From positions 10,788,001 to 10,852,000 of the forward strand of contig CM022673.1 in NCBI GenBank assembly GCA_012295275.1: a stretch of DNA of 64,000 bases, written 5' to 3'. Position numbers and translations under genes: made by a program. Under the pieces are notes generated by a model that worked only from the letters and a program-made list of their open reading frames with translations, searched no databases and was not told the DNA's origin. This document shows, piece by piece, positions 15,205 through 64,000 of the stretch; the first letter of the stretch is position 1; the number at the start of each line of letters is the position of its first letter. The stretch comes from Chrysomallon squamiferum. Its lineage: Eukaryota > Animalia > Mollusca.

Positions 15205-16181
15205 CATCTTGCTGTGCAAGAGACAAATCTTCTATGTCATTGTGTTGTTACAGGTAATTTTTATAAAAATGATTTAAGAACATCATTTTAAGGCACTATG
15301 TCCAGCTATAAGTACTTTAATGTAAGTTTGAAAATAAAAGTTAACAAATAAAGTAATCATTTAAGACAACTGAAATATAATTTAGCTTCTGGTGTCATGT
15401 GTATTTTCTTTTTCTTTGTCCATTTTTTTTACATTCAGTTTCATTATGATTTGTAATTATTAATACTCCTTTTAAATTTAATATGTAACTATTTAGGACA
15501 ACTGTAAAATTATTTTGGTTTTAAGTTTTCTATGTCATCACTAGTTCTTGCTCACAGTCATTTTGTCAAGTTCCCCATGACTTTAAATTATTAATAGCTA
15601 ACTAACAACAGAAAAATAGAAAAACAATTGTTATCCTGCTTTCGTATGTTAACACAAATTCTTGCTGTTATTTTGTTACTTTCAATTTCAGTACAAAGAA
15701 GAAGAACTATTCTTAGAAATTTGATACTTTCAGTTGGTATTTTTATATTTTTGGGTACTTTGATGATTTAATTTGACAAAAATACTGAAATCTGATTTCA
15801 GTCATGATGAATAAATATACTATCACACAAATATTTTATTTGAATATATTATTATTCTTCAATTTACAGTTGCAATCATTGTTGTGCAAGAGACAAAAGG
15901 TTCAAATCTTTTATCTGACCAGTTTTAAAAAATTCATTTTGACAAAAATACAGAAATGTGATTCTAACCATGAAGAGAATAAAATTGTACAAATATTTTT
16001 CTTTAATTTAAAATTATGTCTGTCATATGTGCAGTAAAATATCTAGTTTCAAAACTGACCATATAAAAGATTTAATTCAATAGAGATAGGCTGTATTCTC
16101 AGTAACAGTTTAATATACAATGTATTTCTTTAATGACTTTGCTAGCTTTATAAATATTTTTCTTTTTCATGACTTTCTAGG

Positions 16182-16219
<38 letters not shown>

Positions 16220-17215
16220 AAATTCATTATTTTTGCCAGCATTATATATATAAAAAAAAAATTATTTTGTAAGCATTATACTTTTTTTTTTTCATTACTT
16301 TGAAAATATTATGGGTTTTTTTTTTTTTTAATTGTTTTTGGACATTGCTAGCATGAGAAATATTTTTCTGTATGAAAATGTAATTCATCAAAGAAGCTTA
16401 GTCCTCTCTGTGTCAAGATGACATAACGTGCATAAACTATTAAATAACACTTGTGTCATTTCTTTTCCTTACAACGCCTAATGGGCCATGCTGACTTGTG
16501 ATAAACACTTTTTTCCTTCTGTTTATTCAATAAGAAACAAGATCAATCAAACATCTACACTAGCTGCAATACACTATGTCACTTGTATATCACATAAACA
16601 AGCTCTACCTGTTTTACTTGGACATAAACAGAAATAGAGCTGACTATTTGCAGTGAAAATGCTACTGAGAAAATAAATAAAAATTAATGGATTTTTTTTT
16701 TTCTTTCTTTCTTCCTTGAAGCCATTCTCTTGTTAAAACTGGTTTGTTATTTTGAGTCTCTTATGGAAAATTTACATGACACATATAAAATATGTCATGT
16801 GAACAATGAACCAAATTATGAATATTTGTATGTTTATGTGTGTGTGTATATATATATATATATATTTTACGTATATGTGTATATGTGTTTATGTTTATGT
16901 ATGTATATTCTATATTTTTGAAGGCCAAGACAACAATACACCCAATCATGTTTGTTTTTTCTCATGACAACTTCACTGTTTATGTCACACTTTATACATT
17001 TTCATACTTTATCTTACAGTAAACGACATTCCACTGAATAGAATTGTTCATTACAAATATGTAATGTCACTCAAGTCTATTAATGTTCAGTGAACCATAT
17101 CTGCACCCTTCAGTGAAGATAAATACTGACCGAATTACAGTGAAAAGATTAATTTCACTTCACATACTGATTATTAATATTACTTGAATAGATCCACACA
17201 AACAACAACATCAAT

Positions 17216-17281
<66 letters not shown>

Positions 17282-17576
17282 ATCTATATCTTTATCTATA
17301 TCTATACACACCCAATGTGATAAGGCTATACAAAGGATAATTATGTCTGTCAACATACATGCATATTTCTATTTTCACTATTGCCAAAAGTGTTAATATA
17401 CTGTTACTTAAAATTACTCTTGTTATTATTATTATTATAATTATTATTATTGTATTTATTTAAAATTCATTTGAACAAAAACAAAGCTGTTACTTCTATT
17501 GATCCTCATTTGCATATATAATAAATGGATTTATGAAGATTAAATTAGACCTCAACAAGTTTTAATATATGTAGAC

Positions 17577-17607
<31 letters not shown>

Positions 17608-18808
17608 ATGAACTCACACACATATATCAAATTTTATTTTTGTATCATGAAAAAAGAAATATACCAAGGATCCTTTTAGTTGTAACATTCCATAACAAGG
17701 AAAGAATACACAAAAACCTTAATACAGAACAAGGAAAAAAGCTAAAGAGCTCACTGCACAGAATTCATCTTTCATGATCAGCACTATGTGTGTGTGTGTG
17801 TGTGGGTGTGTGTGCGCGCGTGCATATGTGTGCATGAACATGCATATGTGTGCAAATTTATGTCTGTGTTTAATGAGTCTGACAGGTATACTGGAGTTGA
17901 AGAACACTATGTTTCAGTAATTAATACAATCATATAGCAAAAAATATTGATTTCTTAAATTATTATTATTTGATAATATATCTAGTATTTCAAAATTACT
18001 TCAATTTTTTTTTCTTCACTATGAGTTAATTAAAATAAAAGGTGGATTTTTTGTTTGTTTTTTGTTGTTTTTTTCAGTGAACTATAATTACTGAGTTTAA
18101 AAATAATAACAATAATTAAAAAATAAAAAAGGATATAAAAGAAAGAATGAAAAGATGAAAAGATGAAAAAGGCTGTATCCCAAATATGTCTATAAATTAT
18201 TTTTTTTTTAAATACATCTTTAAACAGTTTCAGGATCCTGATAAATAATAAATATTAAATTTTGAAATGAAATATAAATATATGATGTGGTACAAACTAT
18301 ATTAATACTCACACAGACTTGTATAATTATTTTTAACCTTTCAGCATATTCTTAATAAAATACCTACCCATCCATTTTGACTGGAAATCCACTGATTTAA
18401 ATTGTTTTTAATATAAGTTGACATCCAATCCACAATACTGTCAACGAGTAAAGGCATTTGTTTCTCGTAACATTTTACAGCCAAAGAACCTCCGAAAGTA
18501 AACAAGGCGACTACTCTTCCCCAGTTAATGCCGTTCGCAAACAATTCGTTTGCAACAGCATGAAAAGTCGGATAGGCAGTATTTGGTGTAATATCTAACT
18601 GTTCACACATTTCGTCAAATTGGCTGTGGTACCTTTCTTCAAATTCATCGCATAAGCTTCTCATAGTCTGAAAAATCTGCGATGTATTGACTTCCATTAC
18701 TGGTCCATTTTGCCAATCGTATCCTTGTTTTTGCAGTCGGTATTTGACGTAGTCCACTGCAATATTGCGGGCATCCATGATGTCTCCTGGATTGTTATTG
18801 AAAGACAT
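5610..18808 (-). CDS. Anti-apoptotic Bcl-2 family protein (Bcl-2/Bcl-xL/Bcl-w-like), 2 coding exons, 193 aa
   Basis: Exon 1 is 18808-18368: BH4 RNIAVDYVKYRLQKQGYDW, BH3-like MRSLCDEFEERY, BH1 ELFANGINWGRVVALFTFGG, BH2 WISSQNGW, then a GTAGGT donor. Exon 2 is 5750-5610: acceptor TTTATAG, DGFVEFYAQGPERRNESPWPSLKQICGYAAGAIGVLTLGAILTQKS-TGA, ending in a C-terminal membrane anchor. The phase-0 intron splits BH2 at GW|DGF, the position used by vertebrate BCL2/BCL2L1. Exact orthology cannot be assigned by eye. Confidence 0.93.
5757..6090. repeat. (AAT)n-rich microsatellite adjoining the Bcl-2-like exon 2 acceptor
   Basis: Seen directly; it produces the spurious poly-I/L/Y ORFs. Confidence 0.9.
7767..8660. 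repeat. Compound (TG)n satellite with repeated GTGATAAG(AG)TGTTTT and GAAAGTGTG units
   Basis: Seen directly; about 16 TGATAAG copies by eye; source of the His/Thr-rich ORFs. Confidence 0.9.
13825..15745. repeat. Local direct duplication of about 460 bp (13825-14290 and 15285-15745) in the Bcl-2-like intron
   Basis: Shared strings include AAGTTTGAAAATAAAA, GTAATCATTTAAGACAACTGAAA, TAATTTAGCTTCTGGTGTCATGTGT, AATATGTAACTATTTAGGACAA and CAGTCATTTTGTCAAGTTCC. Confidence 0.9.
18368..18808 (-). CDS. Bcl-2-like coding exon 1 (BH4, BH3, BH1, start of BH2)
   Basis: ORF 18341..18808 up to the TGG|GTAGGT donor; 441 nt, 147 codons; NWGR motif. Confidence 0.93.
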
Positions 18809-19405
18809 TATCCTTCTTCATAATTTAGAGTATGTGAAAATATTTAATTTGTCCATAATGCTTTTATAAGCCAGTTTGTGCGAAAAGCACTATTAATTGT
18901 AATTCCTTGTAAGTTATAGCACTGAATGAAAATTCGGGTTAGAGGTTAAGATACCGGGGTCACCTTACCAAACAGCCAATGAACGTTTTGTACTAAATGC
19001 TGTTTTGTAAAAACCAAGTTGTGATATGTATTCAATATTCTGTACTTAAAATCATATATAGAGATAAGGACATGTTATTGTTTTATTTGATATGCTAACG
19101 TCAGCTAACAAAAAGTAATGAAGTAAAATGCATGTCATAAAAATTCACAAATGTAACCGTATTCTCTATTTATTATCATAATCAAGTATTTAATAATGAT
19201 TATTATGTGATATTTAGAGCACAAGTAATACGATTACGTTTTAAAAATAAATAATAATACTGTTATGATACAAATATGTCTGATAATGCTATTTTATTAA
19301 TATAAATCATATTATTAATTCGCCTGTCTTAACAATGACCAAGACTTTTATACTGTCTTCCAACAGATTATCTTAATATTTTAAATTTCTAAAACCAGTT
19401 TCGCC

Positions 19406-19462
<57 letters not shown>

Positions 19463-20904
19463 TAAGCCCACCGTTAAACAAAACTATATTATTGCCATTG
19501 GTAACAGAACTATAGAAATAAGACTAACAATGGAATTTTAAAATATTTATGAACGGATTTTTTTTTTTTTTTTTTGCTGTCTTCATGTTATGGAATAACA
19601 TAAATTGTCAAAATATTAATTTTCTTTTCTTGGTCGTTTTAAAAGTTATTATTACATGTACGTACAAAATACTTAATTATAACAATTATTTGAATTAAGA
19701 AAAGTTGTTTAGAAAACACCGTTATAACGAATTATCTTAGCATAATTAAAATATATAGCGTTTATTTTTAATTTTAAGTACGGTAAATCATTATTTTTTA
19801 AATCGTAATGCGTACTATTTACATCTTAAAAATAGAATCATCTGCTAATAATTTATATTTTACATAATTTCATCAAAATGAAACGTACTATTAGTAGTAG
19901 CATCATTTAAAGATCAAGGTCAGATTTACGATAGACTTTATCCGGGCTTTTATAACTAATTCCTTTGCTGTTTATCATTTTAATGTTTATAAATTACATT
20001 ATGGTATTGTTTATATATATATATATATTATTATTATTATTATTATTATTTTTAAATTAATGTGTTTTAAATGCATTAAAAAAAACCCCCAAAACTTGAA
20101 GTAAATATTTGTGTTCTACTAAACAACATCCTGTTTTGTAATATAATACAATATAGTATAATATAACAAAATAAAAATACAGGACTGCAAGCATGCTGGC
20201 ACAGGCACACACACAACCCTAAATCAATAAAGATCTTTGACAGTTCAAAAAGATTAGAATAAAATATAATTATTTAAAAGATGCAAAATAAACAATCTTT
20301 TTAAAATTTACAACAATTTACCTTTAATCCAACAAAACAGGAAAGAAACAAAGAAAGAAATATATATATGTATAATCATTCACTAAATTAAAGAAAGAAC
20401 ATTACCAAAATAAAGAAATTTAGCCATGGGAATTGAATTTTTTTTAATAAAGGCTCAACCTGAATGGCAAAGAAATAGTGTAAGAAAAACTAGTTTGAGA
20501 CTTGCATCTTATGATTGGTATTCATTTAAAAATAATAACAATGGATTAAGTCCTGTTCATTTGGATGAAATAATTTCAGGACACAGAAAGTACATCAGAA
20601 TAACAAAATGCTAGTTTTGCATTCCAAAAATATAAATTTGAATAGTTTAACATTTCCAAAGTGTCTGGAATATTCTGAACGAAAAAAAAAACAACAAAAT
20701 TTAAAATAATTACAAATTGCAAATTCATGGATTACATTACCATTTATTTAAAACTGTACATTATTACAAACTGTGTATAAAATAGTGGTATTAACTTATC
20801 CACACACACACGATTCATACTTGTATGCACAACACATAAATTTAGATAGTAAAACATATTTTTAAATGTCAATTAATAATAATAAAAACAAAAAAAATAA
20901 AACA

Positions 20905-21092
20905 AGATATGTTACTTTTATTTACATTATTTAACTGGATTTATGTAAAATAAAAAATGATAAAACATTCATTCACAAGACATTCATACAAATATATAAA
21001 TATCATATTATTTGACTTTTGTTTACATTATTTAAATGCATTTATGAAAAATAAAACACAATAATATTCATTCACAAAACATTCATACAAAC
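20905..21092. repeat. Tandem duplication of about 100 bp downstream of the DHX8 stop codon
   Basis: TTTACATTATTTAA...ATTTATG...ATTCATTCACAA.ACATTCATACAAA occurs twice. Confidence 0.7.
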
Positions 21093-21970
21093 ATGCACTC
21101 ATATATATTTTATATATACAAATGTACACATGAAAACAAATATTTATAGCAGCATATTAAAAAAATCGACTTCAGTTTCATCAAGACATTGTAATGTCGA
21201 TTCAATTATTGACATAATGGAACTGTAATTTGTTGTAAATTTAAAAAATAAATAAATAAATTATAAAATAAATGAAAATTAAAAATACAAAAATAAATAA
21301 TACTAAAAAAAAATGTATTCGGTAAAATATTGTAATATCTGAACACATAAATTCTTGATCTAAGTACATTGTGATATTAATATCTGTAGCATTGCTAATA
21401 ACCAAATCAAACACAGTATTAAGATTTATGTGTAATGTCTACCTTTACTGATAAGAGTTTCATTCTACAAGATAATCCTTACATATTTCACTTTTGAATA
21501 AGAAAAAGTTTATACCCAAATTTTAATGTTTATCACTACACATTTAGATAAAAATTTTAAAATTTAAATATTAGTTACTTTTGCATGTTTTGGAACAAGA
21601 TTAAAATTAACCACAGTATTTCAATATCTGTAATATTTTATTAAAAAATAAAAAAATTAATAAAATAATATTTAACTTCCCTGTTTTAATATCTATTACA
21701 TTTGAATGCAGGTATATTTAACAATCAAAATTTAAATAAGATGAAATTTTACATCAGAATGACTGTTCATCTACTAAATTATCAAGAAATAAAAGGATTG
21801 CTGAGTTCATTAAGCATCTTTGTCCAGTTAAATCTCTATGCTGGTCAGTACAACATATATGATTCCAAGATATCTTGTATGAATCACACTCTGACTCTGA
21901 AGTGAAAAGTGATCTGAATCTTGCAGTTTCAATAAATGCTATCCATGGTTCTTCACACAAGTAGCTATTT

Positions 21971-38834
<16,864 letters not shown>

Positions 38835-39969
38835 GATTTAATTATTTTATAATAAAGACAAATAACTGTACTTATACGTTCATCTTTTGTTCACCGGAAA
38901 TTATCCCTTTATGTTTTCTTTTCTTACAAAGAGTTTAGCCAAGGGCGATTACTCTTACTACTAATTTATCATAATTATACAGAAGAAAGAGTTGTTTTTG
39001 CTCGAATGCTTTGCAGTAAAGAATTAAAATATCTTGACATATATTAAATTTTATTGTAAGCGAAATGATCATATTTATATTATTAAACAAATTTATTTGC
39101 AAAACGGTTTTCTGCATGCTTCCAACTTATTTCGTGTTTGTGCTGAAAAAAGCTGACGACATTTAACATTATATTAGAACCATAATTATTACAGTCACAG
39201 TTGTAGCCTTTGTTTCCAAACGAGATCCTTTACGGCCTCGGTTCAGAACTAGAAAAATGCGATTAATTGATAGTAATCAGTGTAGAAACAATTGGTGCAA
39301 ACAGTGCAAAGGCCAAAATTAATTTAAAATTAAAAGTTGTTTAACATAACCAACCTTTCACAAGACAAACAAATTAAGCGAATAACAAAGGTAATTTGTG
39401 TATTAAAAATTACTATGGGACATTTGAGAAATCATTTCAAAAACAAATTATAAGATGAATCATGTAGCGCGCAAGCGCAAATATAATCAGGAGCATTTAA
39501 TTAATTTTTTGCCCGTAGACAAAAGCAGCATTTTATTTTTTTTTCTTCGTTTTTATCTACATATTGGTTTATTGTATTCAAACTGTTAAAAAGGTTCGAA
39601 TATTACAATCGTCAGTTGGTCTTACCTCTAGCTTCTCCTCTTTACTAAATCATGATTTCGTTCTTGATATGAATCATTTAATTGTTCACAATGATACAAA
39701 TTGAAGTTCAGCAATTACGATTACAACTTAATTGTTGTAGCTTTAAAACGTTATTTTGATTACAGACCTTAATTTACATTCAAATAACAAATAATTATTA
39801 ATCACAGTTGTTGCCAGAGTTGGGCAAACAAAAGACAAAGATGATAAATAGTTGAGCTGTGTTGTCGTAGTAAATAACATATCCAGATTATATATGCATG
39901 TATTTTTATATGGTTAATGGATAGAAAAAAATGAAATTACAGATAAATATATATATATATATATAAAAT

Positions 39970-40011
<42 letters not shown>

Positions 40012-40660
40012 CTGTGTGTTCACACTTATACATGCGTGCGTTTGCAATCAGCAATTTTGTCGTATATTGCTGTTCTCCAAAAGCGTTTAGTAACAAATTC
40101 GCTTTGAAAATATAAAATAATCTTATCTGTATCATGACTTCATTTTATTATTCTTTGACAACATATAGTTAGGTTAACTTAACTATTTCGAAAATTTTAA
40201 CTCCTATTACTTACTGTCGTACCTCTACTGAAACAGTCAGTCTCATTCCGCCATTTTTGTTGATAACAGAAACACATGCCACGATGTGGTGGCTGAAACG
40301 GGAAATAGATAAACCGAAAAGATTTTTTGATTATTAAACACAAGTTTTTATTCGCCAAATAGACATAAAAATTTAGCATGCACCTTTCTGTAGATATGTA
40401 TATATATATTTTTTTTTTGATAAGAGAACTTAGGGGTGGGACGACACAGATTTATTCCGTGATATATCCTGTCTTATGCCTAACATAAAACCCACTGAGC
40501 CGAAGACCTTAATCACGTTTATAAATGAACTGAAATTGTGGGGAAATTACGTGAAAAGTTAACAAGATTTAATTACGCACCACATTGGCGGCAAATTAAG
40601 TCAATTTTTTTTTTTCTCTCCACTGTGGCTCTCTGTTTCAGCTACAGTTAATTGTTGAAA

Positions 40661-40950
40661 GGAGTATGATGTAGCTCTGTGGTTAGAGCGATCGTGTAAG
40701 GCCAGGTAGAAAGAACGTCAGTACTTGTCAGTGCAGCCACTGAATAATTTCTATTTACAGCCAGACCTCCGTGACTTGTTCATCAAAATCTAACATATTT
40801 TCCTGTTTTCGCGATGGTGAATATAATATATTTCTTACTGCTTACTGAAAAATCGTTCCAGCAGATGTCTGGTTTTGTATCTTTCCTTTTAAAATATTCA
40901 GATGTTTGTAACCGAATATATGTATTTGTTAACACGATTAAAATTAAATT
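40661..40950 (+). mobile_element. Decayed tRNA-derived SINE copy
   Basis: A-box-like head TGTAGCTCTGTGGTTAGAGCG. The body (TCCTGT..GATGGTGAATATAATATATTTCTTACTGCTTA) matches the reverse complement of blocks near 28540-28590 and 54125-54175. It resembles a gastropod SINE family as I recall it; this was not checked by search. Confidence 0.5.
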
Positions 40951-42295
40951 CGATCGTCTTCAATTAATTTTGTCTCCGTTATGAAACTGTTTGGAATTTA
41001 TCCAGATAACCGTTTATAAAGATAATTATGTTTATATAGCTGAATTAATGAACCAGTGTGTTCGTGTTTTATAATATTAAGATTAACAGTCTCTAGATAT
41101 ATTTTAACATCCCTGCACAAAAATAAAATCGGCTATTCGGTGTCATTTAATGATAAATAAAAGCTAATTATTTTTAAATAGAAGAGTGTAACTAACTGAT
41201 TTACAAGATATACATGGATATTTTTAAAATTCTTATAAACTGCAGTAAATAAAAAAAAAAAGATTATAATTAAATGTGGGTTATTTTTAGAAATATTTTG
41301 AATGCATGCCATACACACAACACATACATATATGCATGCATGCATACATACATACATACATACATACATACATACATACATACATACATACATACATACA
41401 TACATACATACATAATGCAAAGCAGTGAATGTGAGAGTAAACTGTAATGCATTTATTTATTTATTTGCGTGATAAAAATCAAGGATTTTTAGAACGGAAG
41501 CCATTTCCATAAAATAAAACAAAGCATAAAACAACAAAAAACAGCAGCAGCAGCAGCAATAATTACAAGAACACAAACATAACAACAACAACAACATAGT
41601 AATAATAATCATAATTATAAGAAAGTTAAATAAACAAAATAATATAAAATGAGAAACAAAATAAATTATTATAAATAAATAAAATAAAATTGAATAAAAT
41701 TAAAATTACATAAACAAAGTTATGTCAGACTGACAGATAGATAGGTAGAAAAACAGAAAAAATCCAAAACAGAAGATTCAAAAAATTGAATTATTTTAAT
41801 TTTTAAGCATCTATATTTGGCATATAATATACGTAAAAGATTAGAATATAAACGTAAAAAAAAAACGTGCAAAATAAATAAATAAATAAATAAAAACAAC
41901 CATCGTAAAATTCATATCCGGCGCAATACGTATAAAAGTTGACATTTCAACATCTGGTTGATTTTATTTTTTCTTCTTGTTTTTTTATTGTTTTTTTTAT
42001 TGTTTTTGTTTTGTCTGTTATATTTATTTATTTATTTAACTCTAAACACACTGATTTATTCTTGATATTGTGTACAATGCGGGGGCTGGCGCCAGACCGT
42101 TTAGAGCCAGCAATTTCCATTTAACCAAAATAAAAAATGTTTAAAAAATGTTGTCACTTTCAATTTTTGAAAACATTTTAAACTATTAATGTTTGTGTTG
42201 AAAACAGTTATCTGATTATGAATTATAAACTGTTATGAGCAGTGAACTGTTACTGGTATATTTTCTTGTATGTTGTTGTTATTAGTATTATTTAT

Positions 42296-42298
42296 TTA

Positions 42299-42376
<78 letters not shown>

Positions 42377-42790
42377 TTGTATTAACCATTGAACCTTAAA
42401 GGTCATGAAGCGGGTTTGAACTCTAGGCGTTGCCTGGTTGGGTTTATGGTGGTGCTCGTCCTGATTGTAACCTAGATAACTGAGTAAATGCAGTGCATGT
42501 GCATATTTGTTCATATTTTGGTTTATATATACATATGCATGTATATATGTGTTTTTGTATGTATGTATGTGTGTATGTTTTTGTATATGTATGTGTCTAT
42601 GTATGTATGTATGTGTGTATGTATGTATGTATGTATGTGTGTATGTATGTATGTGTGTATGTATGTATGTATGTGTATGTATGTATGTGTATGTGTGTGT
42701 GTGTGTGTATGTATGTATGTGTGTATGTATGTATGTATGTATGTATGTATATATAACTATTTTTATTTATTAATACACACACACACACAC
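42296..42790. repeat. (TTA)n tract and (TATG)n/(TG)n compound microsatellites
   Basis: Seen directly; source of the MYVC-type ORFs. Confidence 0.85.
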
Positions 42791-43379
42791 ACGTACACAC
42801 AATCATATACACATCCGCACACATGAACGAAAAGTCACACAAAACATCCACCACACACGTGCACACTGCATATCCATAAAAAATGCATCAACACAATTCA
42901 TGCAACACAAAAACGCACACACACACACACACAGTGACATACATAACTTCACACAATCACATATGCTAATACAAAAACGCGCATACGCAGGCTAACAAAT
43001 TACGCACAGTTAATCGCAATGCAAAGAAACTGTACTTTATAATTATCTTATACGATTTGCTGCTTAGGAATACCTGCTCCGTGTATTGAAAATACTCATT
43101 TGTTACTAGACATTCCGCAAACCAGAGACTCGGCAGTCAAACTCAAGAGTACATAAAGAGGTGGTCTCACTACATCAGAAGTTAGGACAAACTCAGAGGC
43201 GGGGGGAAGAAGCTAGCAGCAATTGTTTTGGAAAGAAAAAAAAAAAAACCTCACAGGATAGTAGTAGCCGTAATATATAAACCACTTGCCGTTGGGCACT
43301 GAGGTTGTTGGGGTTTTTTTGGTTTCGTTATATGTTATCAAAACACCTCCTACTTTATTTTCACAAGACATCAGCAGCT

Positions 43380-43900
43380 GGCTCTGTTAAACGGTTTGAA
43401 GAACGCAGTGGCCGAGTTGATTGTCGGAACATTACAATAGCCAGTCAGCCAGCCTGTGACAGTTGTAAAATTCGCTGATGACTAAAAACGACGCTGGTAT
43501 TTCGTAAAACTCGGGGAAACCACAACAACGTAAAAGTGGAGAGTGATTATTTCCTACTGTTCTCGCTCGCCTGGTTAACGCGCTGTCTCGGATTCTTGTC
43601 GACATCACCGAGATAACCTGACGTGGTGAACGTCTCGGGCTGACGTCGTCATGAAGTTGTATTTGATGACAGGGTGGTTGTCGACCTGCTAGCAGTCGTG
43701 TTGTCACCAAAGCGGAGTTCTGTTCTGGTTGTGCTGCATTTATATAAACTAGAACCGAGGATATTGAAATTAGTTTTTTTTTGTTTTTTGTCAACGCTCA
43801 GTTATTTGTTACTGAGGATACAGCGTTTATGGAGTTATTAATATGTCGTAAACTTTTCTTTTTCTTCTGCTCTTAATTGGATTTAAAAAAGAAAAGGTAA
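43380..43900 (+). promoter_or_regulatory. Candidate integrin promoter or non-coding first exon
   Basis: CpG-rich unique block with CRE-like TGACGT sites (about 43619 and 43641), Inr-like TCAGTT (about 43798), a possible AAG|GTAA donor (about 43896) and a possible AACAG acceptor at 44824. Inference only. Confidence 0.3.
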
Positions 43901-43907
43901 AAAAGAA

Positions 43908-43938
<31 letters not shown>

Positions 43939-44879
43939 TCTGGGTACTTTTAAGTACAGTTGAAATAAAGTCTAAAATGATAATAAGAAGGAAAAGCAAA
44001 GAAGACGAAACGAATTAATGACAGTAGCGGCTGATAACGATCAAAGGAATAATTATTGCTGCAGTAAACGGATTTCCTAATTTGTGAAAGTGTTGTTCGA
44101 GTTCTGTGAAGTTTAACTCACTTTGAATCCACCATAACCGTCAAACTGCTGAAATAGTCAATTTTATCAAAATGAGCTGGAGATTATTTGCTGAGTTCGT
44201 AATTTGAAATTTTCTCCGATATGAACACACAATATACCTGATGTCAACGAAATGTTTTATCACTAGGTAAAAAAAATCAGTAACTATTATCATTGTTTCC
44301 AGGATAAGTTTATAATTGGATTGCTATTTCATGTAAAAGGCTGGAATGATAGTTCATAAAAAATTTGGTTAATAAATTATGCAATAGTAAAAGGAGTGGA
44401 CAGCGAGATTAGGCTACGTTCATGGGATTGGACCCATAAACTATGCAGTATCGAAAGGATTGTATTAATTAATACATTTCGCAAGGCGAAGAACAAAAAT
44501 TAAAATCAGTTCGTTGAAATATATGTAGTATTCATTTATGCATATTTCTAACTGGTACTAAGAAATCATTTGACTGTCTACTTGTTGGGAAATTCGTATA
44601 TTTATAATTAATACGGTGACTTGTATTATGAAGTACAAAACACGTTTTACGTAAATGTTTAATTAACAATTCAATGCACAGAGCTGATCTCAACAGACAC
44701 AGCTCAAAAGGATAACGCATGGAACAAACGTATAATGTTTATATCACAGAGTTTTTAATCTTGACTCCTGACCCAGGCGCAACTAATTCTGGCAACGTAA
44801 TCTTTTCTCTCCGAGAATTAACAGGTTAAAAAGAAAAAAAAAAAAAAAAAAAAAAAAAATTCCAATTCATTATGCGGAC

Positions 44880-64000
<19,121 letters not shown>

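Noticed and set aside
43432-43794. 120-aa minus-strand ORF upstream of the integrin
   Set aside because: Non-ATG start and no recognisable homology; explained by the locally higher GC of a probable promoter region.

Overview
AT-rich, microsatellite-dense animal genomic DNA, probably from a mollusc. That taxon call is an inference from the protein sequences and a gastropod-like tRNA-SINE. I reconstructed four spliced protein-coding genes by hand using GT-AG sites and exon phases. (1) A two-exon anti-apoptotic Bcl-2/Bcl-xL/Bcl-w-like gene on the minus strand, 18808->5610, 193 aa, with a 12.6-kb intron. (2) DHX8/PRP22 DEAH splicing helicase on the minus strand, 38834->21971, 23 coding exons, about 1227 aa. 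(3) An integrin alpha subunit without an I-domain on the plus strand, from about 44880 to beyond the window end, at least 17 exons. (4) MTG1, the mitochondrial ribosome GTPase, on the minus strand, 56192->54398, 333 aa, nested antisense in integrin intron 1 and nearly intron-less. Two single frame breaks (DHX8 exon 21 and the integrin signal peptide) most likely reflect assembly errors. Non-coding features include two TIR elements in DHX8 introns, decayed SINE copies, a GATA-site satellite, a tandem array built from a splice acceptor, and a CpG-poor to CpG-rich switch consistent with mosaic gene-body methylation. I found no clear evidence of a wholly new biological system. The nested, intron-poor MTG1 is the most notable structure.
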